Assembly: GCA_000708835.1 (NCBI GenBank)
Contig: DF237164.1
Span: 1-64,000 of the forward strand
DNA from: Klebsormidium nitens
Lineage: Eukaryota; Plantae; Klebsormidiophyceae
Length of the DNA stretch: 64,000 nt
Reading direction: 5' to 3'
Part shown: piece by piece, positions 46,024 to 58,200 of the stretch
How positions within the stretch are numbered: the first letter of the stretch is position 1
Layout of the letters: every line of letters begins with the position of its first letter
Notes under the pieces: model-generated
Told to the model about the DNA's origin: nothing
Database searches by the model: none
Seen by the model: only the letters and a program-made list of their open reading frames with translations
Position numbers and translations under genes: made by a program

Positions 46024-49000
46024 CTACCAGGGAATCTCTTGCTTGTCCCAAGCGAAGAAGTGGCCGCTGTCCTCCAGCTGCCGCGTGTCGATGATGTCCA
46101 AGAGCTGCCGGAAAAAAGCGAAGCTGAGCAAGCGCCTGACAGTAGGGTAGTAATCACTAAGGCAAGAACGACGGAGACTTGCATGGTCGAAGACCGTCAA
46201 CTGACTATCACCCGGCAAACGACATACAGTTTCCAGGTGGTACATGTTGTAGACAAGATGTTTCGAGGATGGACGAGACTGCTCTGCTGACGAGCGACAG
46301 TGGCACTTCCCGATGATACCCCGTTGCCTTTTCCCCCACGATGTCTAAAATGGCATGCTCCATACGGGCGGGAGCGACCGGACCGGCCGCATACGGGCTT
46401 GTGCGGTCGCCAAAGGATCACAAGGTCGGAATGCTTTCCATGAAGGTGGCGTTGGAAATACCCAAACCCTTCCGTTTTAACAAGACGTATGTACCGCAGC
46501 CAATTTCAACGCACATGCTGAAACTCGCTATGTATGGCAGCCGCAACGGCGCGCAACACGTTACATGCTGACGTGATGGTAACGCCCCTCCTTTAGATCC
46601 AGGGTTGAAAATTTCCGGCTTACCTGTCGCACCGCCCTTTCCTTTGAGAACAGCTTTCCCTCGGGGACGCCCCTCTGCAGGAGCAAGGCCGACGGTCTAG
46701 ATTATTGCATGTACGTCAAAACTGGATAGGATGCAAGGCTGCTGAGGCAGACAAACTGCGCATCAAATTGCCCGAAAGCGCCGCGATTGATAGAGATCAG
46801 GACGGGCGGTGAAGGGCCGACGGAAGAAGTTTGAAGAAGCCGAATTTTGCAAGCTCAGCTTGCGTCCTTCTGCGATCCTCCAGCGATCCTCCTGAATCAC
46901 GGCTTCCAAAACGCCGCCTTGACGCTCCATCAAAGACGACTTGTCCTGATATCATTCACTGCCAAAAGTCGGACATCGTTGGTCCGGTAGACGAATCTAA
47001 AGATTGACTAGTGCAAGGACAATGCTTCTGGATGCTGACTGGCAAAAGAACGGGCTCTCTCCGCTGGGCCGTGAATATCGTTCTGCGTCCTTCTGGTCAC
47101 ACTTTGTGGTACCGCGGTGAGGAGTCCAACGGTGAGGAGCGTTGCAAGAGAATCTAGTCAGTCCATTTGAGTATCAGATCCCAGGTACCTCAGAAAAAAA
47201 AGGCGACTCCTGAACTTCTGGTTTCGAATCGGGCCTCTGCCTTCGTGGTCTTGATGCCTTGCGATGACGGCGAGTCAGCTTCTCAGCAGAGGTGATCTCA
47301 GAAAAGCGCCGAAAGATTCCCTCTGAATGGGCAACCAGCAGACGCCTATTAATCAGAAAGAGAAAAGGTAGCAAAACAGTGTCAACATTCTGGCGGGAAC
47401 AAATTTGAGAAAACAGAGGCACTCGATGGCGGGCGACTGCGGCGCTTTACCTGAAACGGTTTTGAGAGGTCGGTGTCCACCGTCCCTGGGTGAAGCATGA
47501 CCACAATAATAGGATCCTTGCGGCGGGTGAACTCGATCGCCAAGTTTTTCGAGACTGCGAAAGAAGATGCAGAAGAAAATGACGTAACATTCTCGGTCCC
47601 CAGTTAAAGCATGACTACAATAATAGGGTCCTTGCGGCGGGTAAATTCAGTCGCCACGTTTTTCGAGACTGCGAAAAGCGAGCAGAACACGTCAGGAAAT
47701 GACGTCAATTTCTCGGTCCCCAATTAAAGCATGAGTGCGATGATGAGATCCTCCCGGCGGGTACCTCAATTGCCGAGGTTTTTGAGACTGCAAGACTGCG
47801 TGCCGAATATGTCAGACGTTGACGTCAACTTCTCAACGACCTGGGCGACGCTTGCCAACAAAGCCTGGCCCGGTGTCGAGGCGTGGTACTCCGGTGGTAG
47901 AACCCCTTCACAGTAAAGTTCAGAATCGATGCAGAGCGAAGAGGCGCCTGTTCATAGCACTTTACCGGACGACGGAAATGGGCTTCCAGTCAATCCGTGA
48001 AGAGGATCACGGGTTGACTGAGGCATGTGAGAACAGAAAAGGTTGCGTCCAAAGCCGAGGCGTCTCCCTAAGTCACTAATCGTGCAGTCATACGCTTAAC
48101 TATCCACTTGGGGCTAAAGATAACCGAATTCTGCTCAGCGCTTACGCTGGTTGAGCGCGGTCTTCGAAGCCCGGTACGAGTGCCAGCCCCCTATTTGGTT
48201 GTCACCGATGGACCCCACTCGCGCGCTCATGTTCGCGAGCACGGCCGCGGGGCGCCTGGTGCCCTTTCCACCGCCCGCTTTCAACAGCTGGTGGAAGTGC
48301 TGTAAGGGGAAAGTTTCCCTGTGTGAATAATTTCACCCTGAGCTCTTGCAATTGTTGGAATCATTCAGGTCCGTGCAAGAGTTCCGCCTCCCCAAGCCAC
48401 GAAGCTCGGCAGGCCCCCCTACCACCGCCTGCTTTCAACAGCTGCTGGTAAGTGCTGCAAGGAGGACTCTTGTTTGAGATACTCCTAGCGCAAGCTCTTG
48501 CTTGGACATCGCCACAGCATTAGGCTTGATCTCAGATTCGGCGATAACAAGCCGCTCGAAAGGCACTGTTCTCACTGCCTCCGCTCAATAGCTGGTGGAG
48601 ACTTTAAGAGACACTCAGCACCCGATATATATGCGCACTCCGGTTCCAGAATGTCGAGGCTTTGGGATTTCTCCCCTGTATTGGATCACTCCGAAATTGT
48701 TTTGCTTGATGCTATCAAGTCTTAACTGTCCTGGCAAAGCATTTGAAGAAGACTTCGCAGATTTTTAGCCGTCAACTTCGAGAACTGGCGAAAAAACTGC
48801 AGAAAGCGAGGGCCTTAGCTTCGAACGAAGCATTCTGGTCTCGACTTACTAAGCAACGTGGTCAGATCCCTAGAGTCGGGATGTCAATCCTAAGAGCCAA
48901 AAGAGTATTCCAGCTTCATTCGAAGAACGGACCTCCCCAGCATAAGTCTCCAAAACTTGCACATTTGCTGGACGAAAGAAACAAGCCCTGCCTTGAATTT

Positions 49001-51634
49001 GTGCATCATAACTCGGGTCCTCGACATCAACTTTTCGAACCATGTGCACAGGAAGTGAGTTGCTAACAATTCGAGGGGGGTGGATGGATTCGAAGGTGAA
49101 GGATCGCTGCTGGAAAGGTGGACAAGCGACCTGGTGAAACACCGGCATGGCTAGCACCTTGAAGCTCGTCAACGACCTGTTTCGTGACCAACTTTGTAAT
49201 CAATCTTGGAGAAGAAAGTCACCGGACTTTCTTATGCCTTGGCTGGGATTTTCCGCAGATCGAAGAAACCGCACACGTCTCCCTTCGCGGGTCGGCCTTT
49301 CAGGAGTTCAGATGCTGCTTACAGGCGCCATAGCGAGAACACCTTGGCTTCTAAGCCATGCACTTCAAAAGTTTTGCGGTTTCCTCCATCCACGGAGAAC
49401 CCGTCAAAGGCATGAGAAAGTCGCTGACGAAGGTCAAGAAGGAGTGAGCGGCTTGCCTTTGCTACTAGGATTGGCCCCATCGCATTCACTTGGTAGCTGA
49501 GAAGCATCGCCTCTGGTGTTACTCTCGCCAGCGCCGTCTCTGCAGCAGACACACACGGCGTCAAACGGCCTGTTCAGGACTTCGGCTGAAGATCGGCTCC
49601 ACATTTGGAGCAACAAGGTGTGACGGAACCGAACCCAAAATTTGCAAGTTACACATGTTGGAAATAACCGTCATTTTTGTTGGACGACTTTAGATTGATC
49701 AATGTTGATTTGACGAAAAGGCCAACCGAAGGTACCATATGCATCTGACTCAACAACCAGCCCCACAAACGTACTCACTTCGAGGATACAAGAAAAGACC
49801 GTACAATCAACTTCGTCGGAGCCTCAGGCAGAACATCTCAACGCCGAGGTTCCGTCCAGCATTGAGCGTGCCGCTCAAACCAAGACCATCGAGCATGACA
49901 TCCGTTTCGTTTGTTCGCTACCGCGATTCCTTGTTTTGAAACAGGAATCCTGTTGGGAATACTCTTCGCCTTTCTTTGCAAAAAAGACCCATCTGCCCAT
50001 CTCAAACAATGTCCGAAATCTAATGTAAGTTGATTTCCGTTAACCCTGTTGTGGCTGCCCCCCTCCCCATCACCTGTTTTGGACGCTCAACTACAAGAAC
50101 CCAGTCCAAGTTATTCTATGCCTTCTCACCTGGCTGCACCTTGCCTTGCACGTGAAGGATTGCCGCTGTGTTGACTAGCAGGTCGACTCTCCCATGGGAG
50201 GCCTTCACGCTTTTGGCAGCTTCCTGGTGTAGAGAAAAATACAGGTCAAGTTGCGGACATTTATCAGCGAAAGAAGCGAATACAGCGTCTTTTTGGAAGT
50301 TATACTTAGGGCCAGGCCAAGGGACCACTATAATTAGGGCCAGGTCAAGGGACAAGTTCACTGGTCCCAATATCCTGCTGTAAATAGTCTCTTGACATAA
50401 CATCAAAGGGCTGAAAGAAGCGATGTTGAGCATTCTACACTCTGTGGACTACTCACTTTGTCAAACAAAGATGCAACAAGTGCGGCAGAGTATAGTTCGC
50501 ATCCACTTACGAATCAACCAGGAAAAGACGACTTTCTAATACACATCCGACACATGGTGCCAGCCTGTGCTTTGCAATATTGAGAACCTCTTTGAACCCA
50601 CCTGTATTGAGCCCTCTGCTGTCACGTCTAGTGGGAGGACTGTGAGGCGGTCTGAATGGGCCCTTGCAAGCTCCTGCAGCTGCTCTGCACCACTTGGATT
50701 GCGACATGTGGCAACCACTGATTCGTCTGGCCGGGTCTCAAGCAGCTGTCGGACCTGGGGAAGAAACGAAATCGGCTGATGATCTACAGCTGAAAAGATT
50801 GAAGCAGGGTAGTGGACCTCTTGAGATCTTGCTCTTCAATCAAGGGTGTGGCAGGTTCAGTGAATCTGGCTGTATGCCAAATCATGCAACGTTTGGTTCC
50901 CGGCAAATTGCAGGAACGATTTTAACGACAGTCTGCACTTGGTTGCACTACCATGTTCGAATGTCAATAAGGTGGCAATGTAGCTGCAACATCAGTCATA
51001 TGAGATCCCTCAAGAACAGCCTTGAAGGAATCAGCTTTGCATTATGGTGCTCCAGTTTCAGGGTGCTGGTTTCTGTGCCGTCCATAGGGGATCAACATAC
51101 CAGTCTTCGAAGCAAAAAGTCTACTTGACACCGAACTACTAAAATCAATGCCTTGTCCCTCACAAAAGAGGTGCCCTAGTCATTGAGAATCTTGCTTCTA
51201 TTTTCTGCTTCCTACTCGCCATAATGTCCAAGGTTGCAGTGCAAACGGTGGTGCATAATTTTTGTGTTTCTCCGCAAAAGCGCTGATTAAGAAAAAGGCT
51301 GCACTACCACTTTGGAGTGAGTCAGGGTGTGCTCCAACAATGCACTGAATCTGGACATCCAACTATACAGTGCCCTGCAATTCGGCTGCAGATGATTCAC
51401 TGGACAACAAGACTTCAGGCGGTTGCAGACGGCATCGATGTCTCCACTTACGAATTCTAGTCCCAGTCCCCTGGACGCCCCTTGAATGAGCGAGACCCCA
51501 CCAGCGGAAGTGGGATCTGCTGCACTTGAGTAGCCTCGAATGCTATGTTGTCTCCTCACATGATGTCTGCAGAAAGAAGCACCATTGAAGAGGCTCCAGC
51601 GAGACAGCTGCCCAAGCTGCATTGCGGCGCCCAT
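46024..51634 (-). CDS. CsgA/C-factor-like classical short-chain dehydrogenase/reductase, probable mitochondrial presequence
   Basis: Exons 51634-51452, 50754-50602, 50223-50130, 49539-49457, 48299-48146, 47554-47451, 46674-46624 and 46104-46024 give 300 aa in frame. Motifs: QGASRGLG, LDVT, NTAAIL, SARVGSIGDN, YRASK, HPGTVDTDLS, FFAWD..IPW*. Intron 4 starts with GC. Confidence 0.93.
47451..47830 (-). repeat. Three copies (114-119 bp) of SDR exon-6 acceptor plus exon start
   Basis: GCAG|TCTC starts at 47554 (true), 47668 and 47787. Copy 2 reads SKNVATEFTRRKDPIIVVML*, against the true SKNLAIEFTRRKDPIIVVMLHPG. Confidence 0.92.
48270..48610 (-). repeat. Three degenerate copies (~150 bp) of SDR exon-5 acceptor plus exon start
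   Basis: Plus-strand CCGC.TTTCAACAGCTG(G/C)TGG..GTGCTG at ~48275 (true exon start 48299) and ~48425 (AG at 48455-48456), with a weaker CCGCTCAATAGCTGGTGG at 48581. Confidence 0.75.
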
Positions 51635-52246
51635 TTGAATGCGGACTGATCCGAAAACAAATGTCTACGTATGCGCTTGGATAATAATGAATTTCGATAA
51701 GGTTATCAAAGCTGGTCCAGGAGAAGATGATGGTCAGGGGGATGAAGAAATGAAAGCCAGAATAACCTTGGCAAGGAACACCCTTGGAACACCATGCAAT
51801 GCGGATCGGATGATTCGGATCACGCCCTCATGCTGGCCTCTTCAGAACGAAACCCTAATCTGGAGGCGAAGTGGCGCTGCACTGGAGTCATGCTAACCGT
51901 CGGCGTCAATTGCGTGTATCTGACGGCGCGTGTGTTGCCACGCAGTAACCTGAAACCTCCGAAACCCTGATGCCCATTGGCGATGATGCGGATAGACGGC
52001 CCGCCGCGCCCCCGCGGCTCCGCTTGTCGTGCGCCCTGCTCTCGACGTACGGTATCCCTGCATGATATACCTAACTTATATTAGTTATAAGCTCATTTGT
52101 CCTGCACATTCTCTTAAATCGTGCTTGCGGCAGCTCAGAACGTTCCACATATCAGGCAGCACGCATCCTTTACAATCGTTGATAACCTTTTTGTTTGTGG
52201 ATATTGTGAGTGCATTGCATCCAACGAGGGGTGCACGAAGGGTGTC
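51635..52246. promoter_or_regulatory. Divergent (head-to-head) intergenic region between SDR and AsnRS, with telo-box-like motif
   Basis: ATGs at 51634 (-) and 52247 (+). AAACCCTAA at 51850-51858; related GAAACCCTGA near 51962. Confidence 0.5.
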
Positions 52247-55200
52247 ATGGCCCTCGCGCATTGTGGAGCCAGAGCGCTTCCATTGCAGCTTTCTTCCCTG
52301 GCGCGATCTTCAAAATGCAGTGCAGCCAGACGACTTCTTTCAGCCTGCTGCCAGCCCCTGAGTTCTGAGTGGCCCTCATTGGTTCCCGGCCGCTCAAATG
52401 TGGCGCTATTAAGCAGCATTGGAGGATCTACCAGGGGTTTTGCGCACGGGTTTGGCAGCACACATCCCAGCCTGCAGAAAGAAAGAGGTTTAGGGTTTGG
52501 GCTTAGGGCTAGCACGACAGAAGAGGTACTGACTGAGGTAGCAGAGGAGGCGGCGGCGGAGGTTTCGAAACCAAATGGAGAGAGCTACAAGGGGCGGGAG
52601 AAGATCAAGGACATCAGAGGAGAGGATGAGGGTCTGTCTAAGGTCGGGCAGCAGCTCGTGATCAGGGGGTGGGTGCGGACTGTCAGAGCGCAGAAAGCTT
52701 TCGCGTTCATGCAGGTTAGAAACAAAGCTTCTTTGGAAGTGGTTCACGTGGGAAGTGGTGGCACAAGATAGACCTGAGTTGATGAAAATAGACTTTTAAC
52801 TTGATCGAGCCAACAAATGTATGCACAGCAGCCACAGCACTATGTGTCTGATGCAGTGGGTGGTGCATACAGGGACAGAGAATTGGAGGTCTCTGCACCT
52901 ATGGTTCTGCCTCATAAACATGTGTCTGTGTCTGACTTGGGCAAAGCTTTGCTCACTGGGCAAACAATTGGACAGAAACTAACGCTGTGACTTTTGCATA
53001 TGCAGCACCTTTGCTTTGATCATCTTCGATAACAGAGTGCAGAATTGCTTCTCAGGTTGCGGTTCCAGATAGTTGGTTCAACAACATTGTTTTTCTTCCT
53101 GCAGGTAAACGACGGATCAAATCTTTCAGGGCTACAAGTAGTGATTCATCCAGAAGCGGCGGGCTATGACAAGGTAAGTCACTTCTCGCTGGTCTTCGGG
53201 CATCATTGATATTCAGTTTTTTCCGACAGCGCTGGTTCATGCTGTTGGCTTTTTTGAAAGCTCAGGTGGCTGCCAACGCTTGTAAAGGGATAGCCGGGAA
53301 AAGTAGTGGTTACTTTGGGGGCGGAGTAGGGTCATTGTGTTCCCACAAGTGGTGTAACTCGGTCCCACTTCACTGATGAGAACTTCTTGGCTAGGCTATT
53401 CAATAGTAGTACTCTTCAAGAGTGGTCCACCTATTCCGACAGCCTGCTCTACACTGTCGTCCATAATAATCCAATTGCTACCATCAGAGTTTGCTTGAAT
53501 TTTTCAAGGTGGCCGCTTAGACTAAAAGCAAACCCTGGAATTCGTGCAGATTCAAGACGGGACTGTTGCCACAGGGGCTGCTGTGGCAGTCGAGGGGGAG
53601 CTGGTAGAGAGCCTGGGGGGCAAGCAGAAAGTGGAGCTGAAAGCCACAAAGCTGACTGTGGTAAGTATCCAGACTGGCTGTAAGGGCTCACATCCAGAAA
53701 GTGGAGCTAAAAGCCACAAAGCTGACCATGGTAAGTTCCCAAAACTAGCTGTAAGGGGTGGCAAGCAAAATGTGGAGCTTAAACTTACAAAGCTGACGGG
53801 TCGTAGGTTCCCAGACTAGCTGTAAGGGTTGTTCAGGACAACCAACACTTGACAACTGGGATGGAAAGAGTGAGCTAGTGGTGATCAGGAGCTGATGGCG
53901 GTTAGGCCGTGGCGAGATTGGGAAAAGCAGGATGAGCTGAGTGCAGTTTGGTGGAGGTCGGTGGGTTCGAGAGTAAGAAGCTGCTAAGAGTGGATTGAAG
54001 GGGCACAAGGGGAAACCAAAAGTCGAATTCAAAAGCCGGCTGCTGCTTCTGGGGTCCTCCTTTTCGAGTCCCAGTCAGGGAGACGCCTGTCACTTGGATT
54101 GATCTTCAAGGTGTTATCGAAGACAAGTTTTGCTCGATGAGAATGCCGAAGGGCCGCTTGGGTTTGTGAGGGCTGCATCCAGAATTATGCGTGTCGCCTT
54201 CAAACGAGGATTCGGTTGGTGAACTTAACCTCTTGGCCAACTGTTGCTTCAAGGCTCAGAATTCTGACTGCATCAATCTTGTGTGTTGGATCAGGCAGGT
54301 AAAGATAATTTTCAGGACCTGCATAGTGAGGGCGAGTCAGAGCAGTCTCTTCCCGGGCCCTGCATGTTTTTTCAATACCCTTCTTATATCAACCGTACGG
54401 TTCTTGCAGGTTGGCGAGAGTGATGGTTCAACATATCCTCTGCAAAAGAAGAACCATACCTTGGAGTATCTGCGGACTATCGCCCATTTACGGCCACGGA
54501 CAAACACAATCGGAGCAGTGAGTCTAAATACGCCCTCCTACCTTAAGGCATTCCTGCAGCACTCTTTTGGAGCGCCTGTGAGGCTGTCAAAGGAGTTGTC
54601 GTGGTATGGATTCCAGTGTTTTAGTCTACTCGATGAATTAAAACGTCTTTAACTTCCCTCCTTAGTACTATTCTTGCTTCAGGGCTTTGTGAGAACCAAT
54701 TCCCAGTCACACGGCCAAATCTTGCTGGGGAACCACTTTGGTTTTACGTCCGACTTCGAAGGGTCTAACAATGCACAACCTCTGTCTTGCCTGATCGATG
54801 AGGAGCGGGTCTCTACTTCTTTCTCAAACAATACGAGCAGCACAGATTCATCAATACCGAGCTCCTTTCTGAATCTTTCAAAGTCCCATTGCCTTGCTGC
54901 CAGTGCTTTCGGACGCATCTTCAGTCTATTGACGTCCACCTTCTCCAGCCGCCCCTACAATCGAGCAAGCATTCCTTCCGTAGAGTTCCCTCAAGAATGC
55001 GAACACTTGACCATTTGACTGAATACGCGGACGTCTGGGCTTCTTGTCAACGCTTTCAAAAGCGACAGTCACGCTGTGACCCGTCAGATCAGTGGAACAT
55101 CTCATCCCTTCCGGTTGCGATTTCCATCTCGGCCGACTCCTGCATTCTCAGGTGTCGCGCGTTCGCAGCGCGCTCGCCTTTGCGACGCACCAGTTCTTCC

Positions 55201-58200
55201 AGTCCAAGGGGTTCACCTGGGTAGCCACGCCAATCATTACGGCAGCCGACTGCGAGGGCGCGGGGGAGCAGTTCTTAGTCACCACATTGGTAAGCGCTGA
55301 CGTTGACCAGTTCTTGAAACCGAGAATAATGCATCAACGGTTTTTGGACACTGATTCCGCATATCTCTTTCGTTGCGCGTTACAGCGAGTATGCATGAGT
55401 ATTGTTTTTTAAGGCTCTGTACTGATTCACTGATCAAATCGGATGGCGTAGGTAATGATGCGTTGGTTCACACTCTTCCGTAGTAACGTACAGGGATGCA
55501 AAAGCTTGAGATGTGGATGAAGAGACTGCTGCAAGTATGGACTGTATGCTATCCATCTGAAGCATTCAAGCGGCGATTCAGAGAATAGCTGTACAGAGTA
55601 AAAAGCCTATTCAAGTTCAAATATCTGAACCATCCGTTCATTTGTATCAACGGTCCGACTGAGCAGAAAGTTGCATTGATGGTCCATTGACGTCACCCTT
55701 TGCACGACTTCTGCCCAAACCTCTCTGCCTATGGCTGATACGCGGCCCAACCAAAATGGAGGGCTTTTGTATTACGTCCCTGTCTAAGTGCGACCGGTTC
55801 TCATGTATCTTCGCCTGGTGCAGGTGCCGCAAAATGGTAATGCGGCAGGCGTGCCAACGACGAAAGAGGGGAAGGTAGACTTTTCTCAGGTACGTCGCAT
55901 CCGCAAGGCTCCACCTAGACTTATGACTGTGCTTTTATTGCTTGCCTGGGGCAACTCCCGTGGAGGCGTTTTATGATGAGAATCGTACTCGCGCTTCGTG
56001 AGCTTGTTCCACTAGCGGTTTTGAATAGCACAAACGTTACGAGGTTGGATGTCAAGTAGAGGAACCACTGCTGCCAAGGGCGTCACACGAGTTGCTTTCA
56101 TTCCATATGATATCAGCTTCGACGGTCCAAGCCTTTCAAGTTCTGTATGAAGCATCATTTCTTCTCTGCTTTCTGTAGCAGAGACTCGATTTGCTCATGT
56201 GTTCAACCGCTTATTTTGACGGCTGCGATAACAGCGGGAGTCCCGAGAAAGTGACGCCAGAGCTTGCGATATTTGCGCAGGACTTTTTCGGGAAGCCCGC
56301 GTACCTGACGGTCTCGGGGCAGTTGAACGCCGAAGTCTTCGCGACCGCCTTGTCTGACGTAAGTGCCCGTAGCATTTCTACGGAAACGCTTGACTGTTGA
56401 ATGTTGCGCAGCCTTTGTGGAAAACGGTTTTAACGTTCAGCCTTGGAGGATAGAATGCACGTGGCCGGCTCTGTTGTCCGTGTCAGACCAATGGCTGGAG
56501 AACGTGAAAGCTCAAGCATCCCCTGGACTGACCTTGTGCAAATCTTTGTTGCTTCTGACGCCAATCTTCAGGTCTCTTGCGCGTATCTTGGGTGAATTCA
56601 TAGAGTTGAAGAGCAACTGAGGAAGAAGTTGAGCACTCCCTGTAAAGGGTACTTGACCGTTGTCGACGTGGCAAGCATCTGAAGGCATGCACCGCTTTCT
56701 GCAGATTGCAAGTCAATGTTCAGAAACTTTTCAATGCCCGTTTGCACCGCTTGCCGAGCTTCGATAAGGACCACGCTGATCGGCATTCTATTGCCGCTCT
56801 CGCCCGCAGGTGTATACTTTCGGCCCCACCTTTCGTGCGGAGAACTCGAACACCTCCCGACATCTAGCGGAGTTCTGGGTAAGCTTTTCATCCATAAAAG
56901 CTTCCGCAACAAAGAGCTTCCGCTTTGCTGGATGGGCCTGCGATGAAGCCGATGTTTTAGGCGGACAGTCACCCTCGTTAAAGAACGTGGCATCTCAAGC
57001 AGGCGTGCGGATACCAGTGCTCGCTGTATTGTCAAAGCGAGTGCCTCTCTTCGAACCCCTTCCGCAGAAATCCTCGAGTCGAAAGTCCGCTCATCGCCAA
57101 TACAGCTTCGGAAGACTCAAGACCGTGCTTCACAGCCAAAAAATCGCGACGATGTGTCCCACGCCCTCGTCACCAGTCGTTTACATCTGACTTGAGCTTC
57201 ATTATCCTCTTGCGGCTTGATTGATGAGGACCGTACTCCCTGATTTTCCGGGATTGTGGACGATAACGCGATGTTGACGTGGCGCTGACGTGGCATTTGC
57301 GTCAAGCGCAGATGCTGGAGCCGGAGCTTGCGTTTGCGGACCTGAAAGACGACATGGCGTGCGCGGAGGCCTACCTGCAGCACGTGGTAAGTGCTGGTGT
57401 AAAAAGGCCCCCCGGGGGAAAAGTTGAGGGGCCTATCGTTATCGAAGAGGCTTCTCTTCGTGTAACGAGTGCGACGTCGTCAAACCTTCAAAATACTCAG
57501 GTCTCCAGCTTTATCATTAGCTTTGGCTTCGACCCAAAAAAGTGCGAAGCACTAAACCGCGGTCCTTTAGATTATGGTGATGGCTTGGTGCACATGTCAG
57601 CTGGAGAAAGTCTGTACACTAGGGCACACGAATTGGACTTGAGAAGCTGGACACCTGAGACCCTTAAATCGGTTGATGCGTTGCGCTGCTTCGCTGAAAC
57701 TGGGTCTCTTCTGGCAGGTGCGTTACGTGCTGGAGCACTGCCGAGAGGACCTCGCGTTCTTCGTGGAGAGGCAAAAGAAGGGCCTGCCCAAAGGAGAGAA
57801 GAACGTCGTCGAAAGGCTCACGGTGAGGGTGCAACACCGACGGTGTGCCTGGCTCCTAATGGCAGAATCAAAGTGAAACCCATATACGTTGCTGCTTTTT
57901 AAGTGGACCTTACGTTGAGCTCTCTCTGCAATTTTCTTAAGCACCCAAAGACTTGGCCTGACTGTTTCTGGGCCGACAAGGCGATCGGTGAGTTTCGTGG
58001 TACCAGAGAAACAGCGGCGTTTTGTGGGATTCGCGAAATGCCCTTCAAGTACGACGCATGACTTGCAAACCGGCTTTTAGCTGCTTGTTTCGCAGGCGTC
58101 AACAAGCGACAGCTCCCCTATGCCAGGACGAGCCGTTCGTGCGGTTGGCCCACGTGACTTGCACCCTTAAAAAAGTCACCGCTTCTCAACTCCCGCCTCA

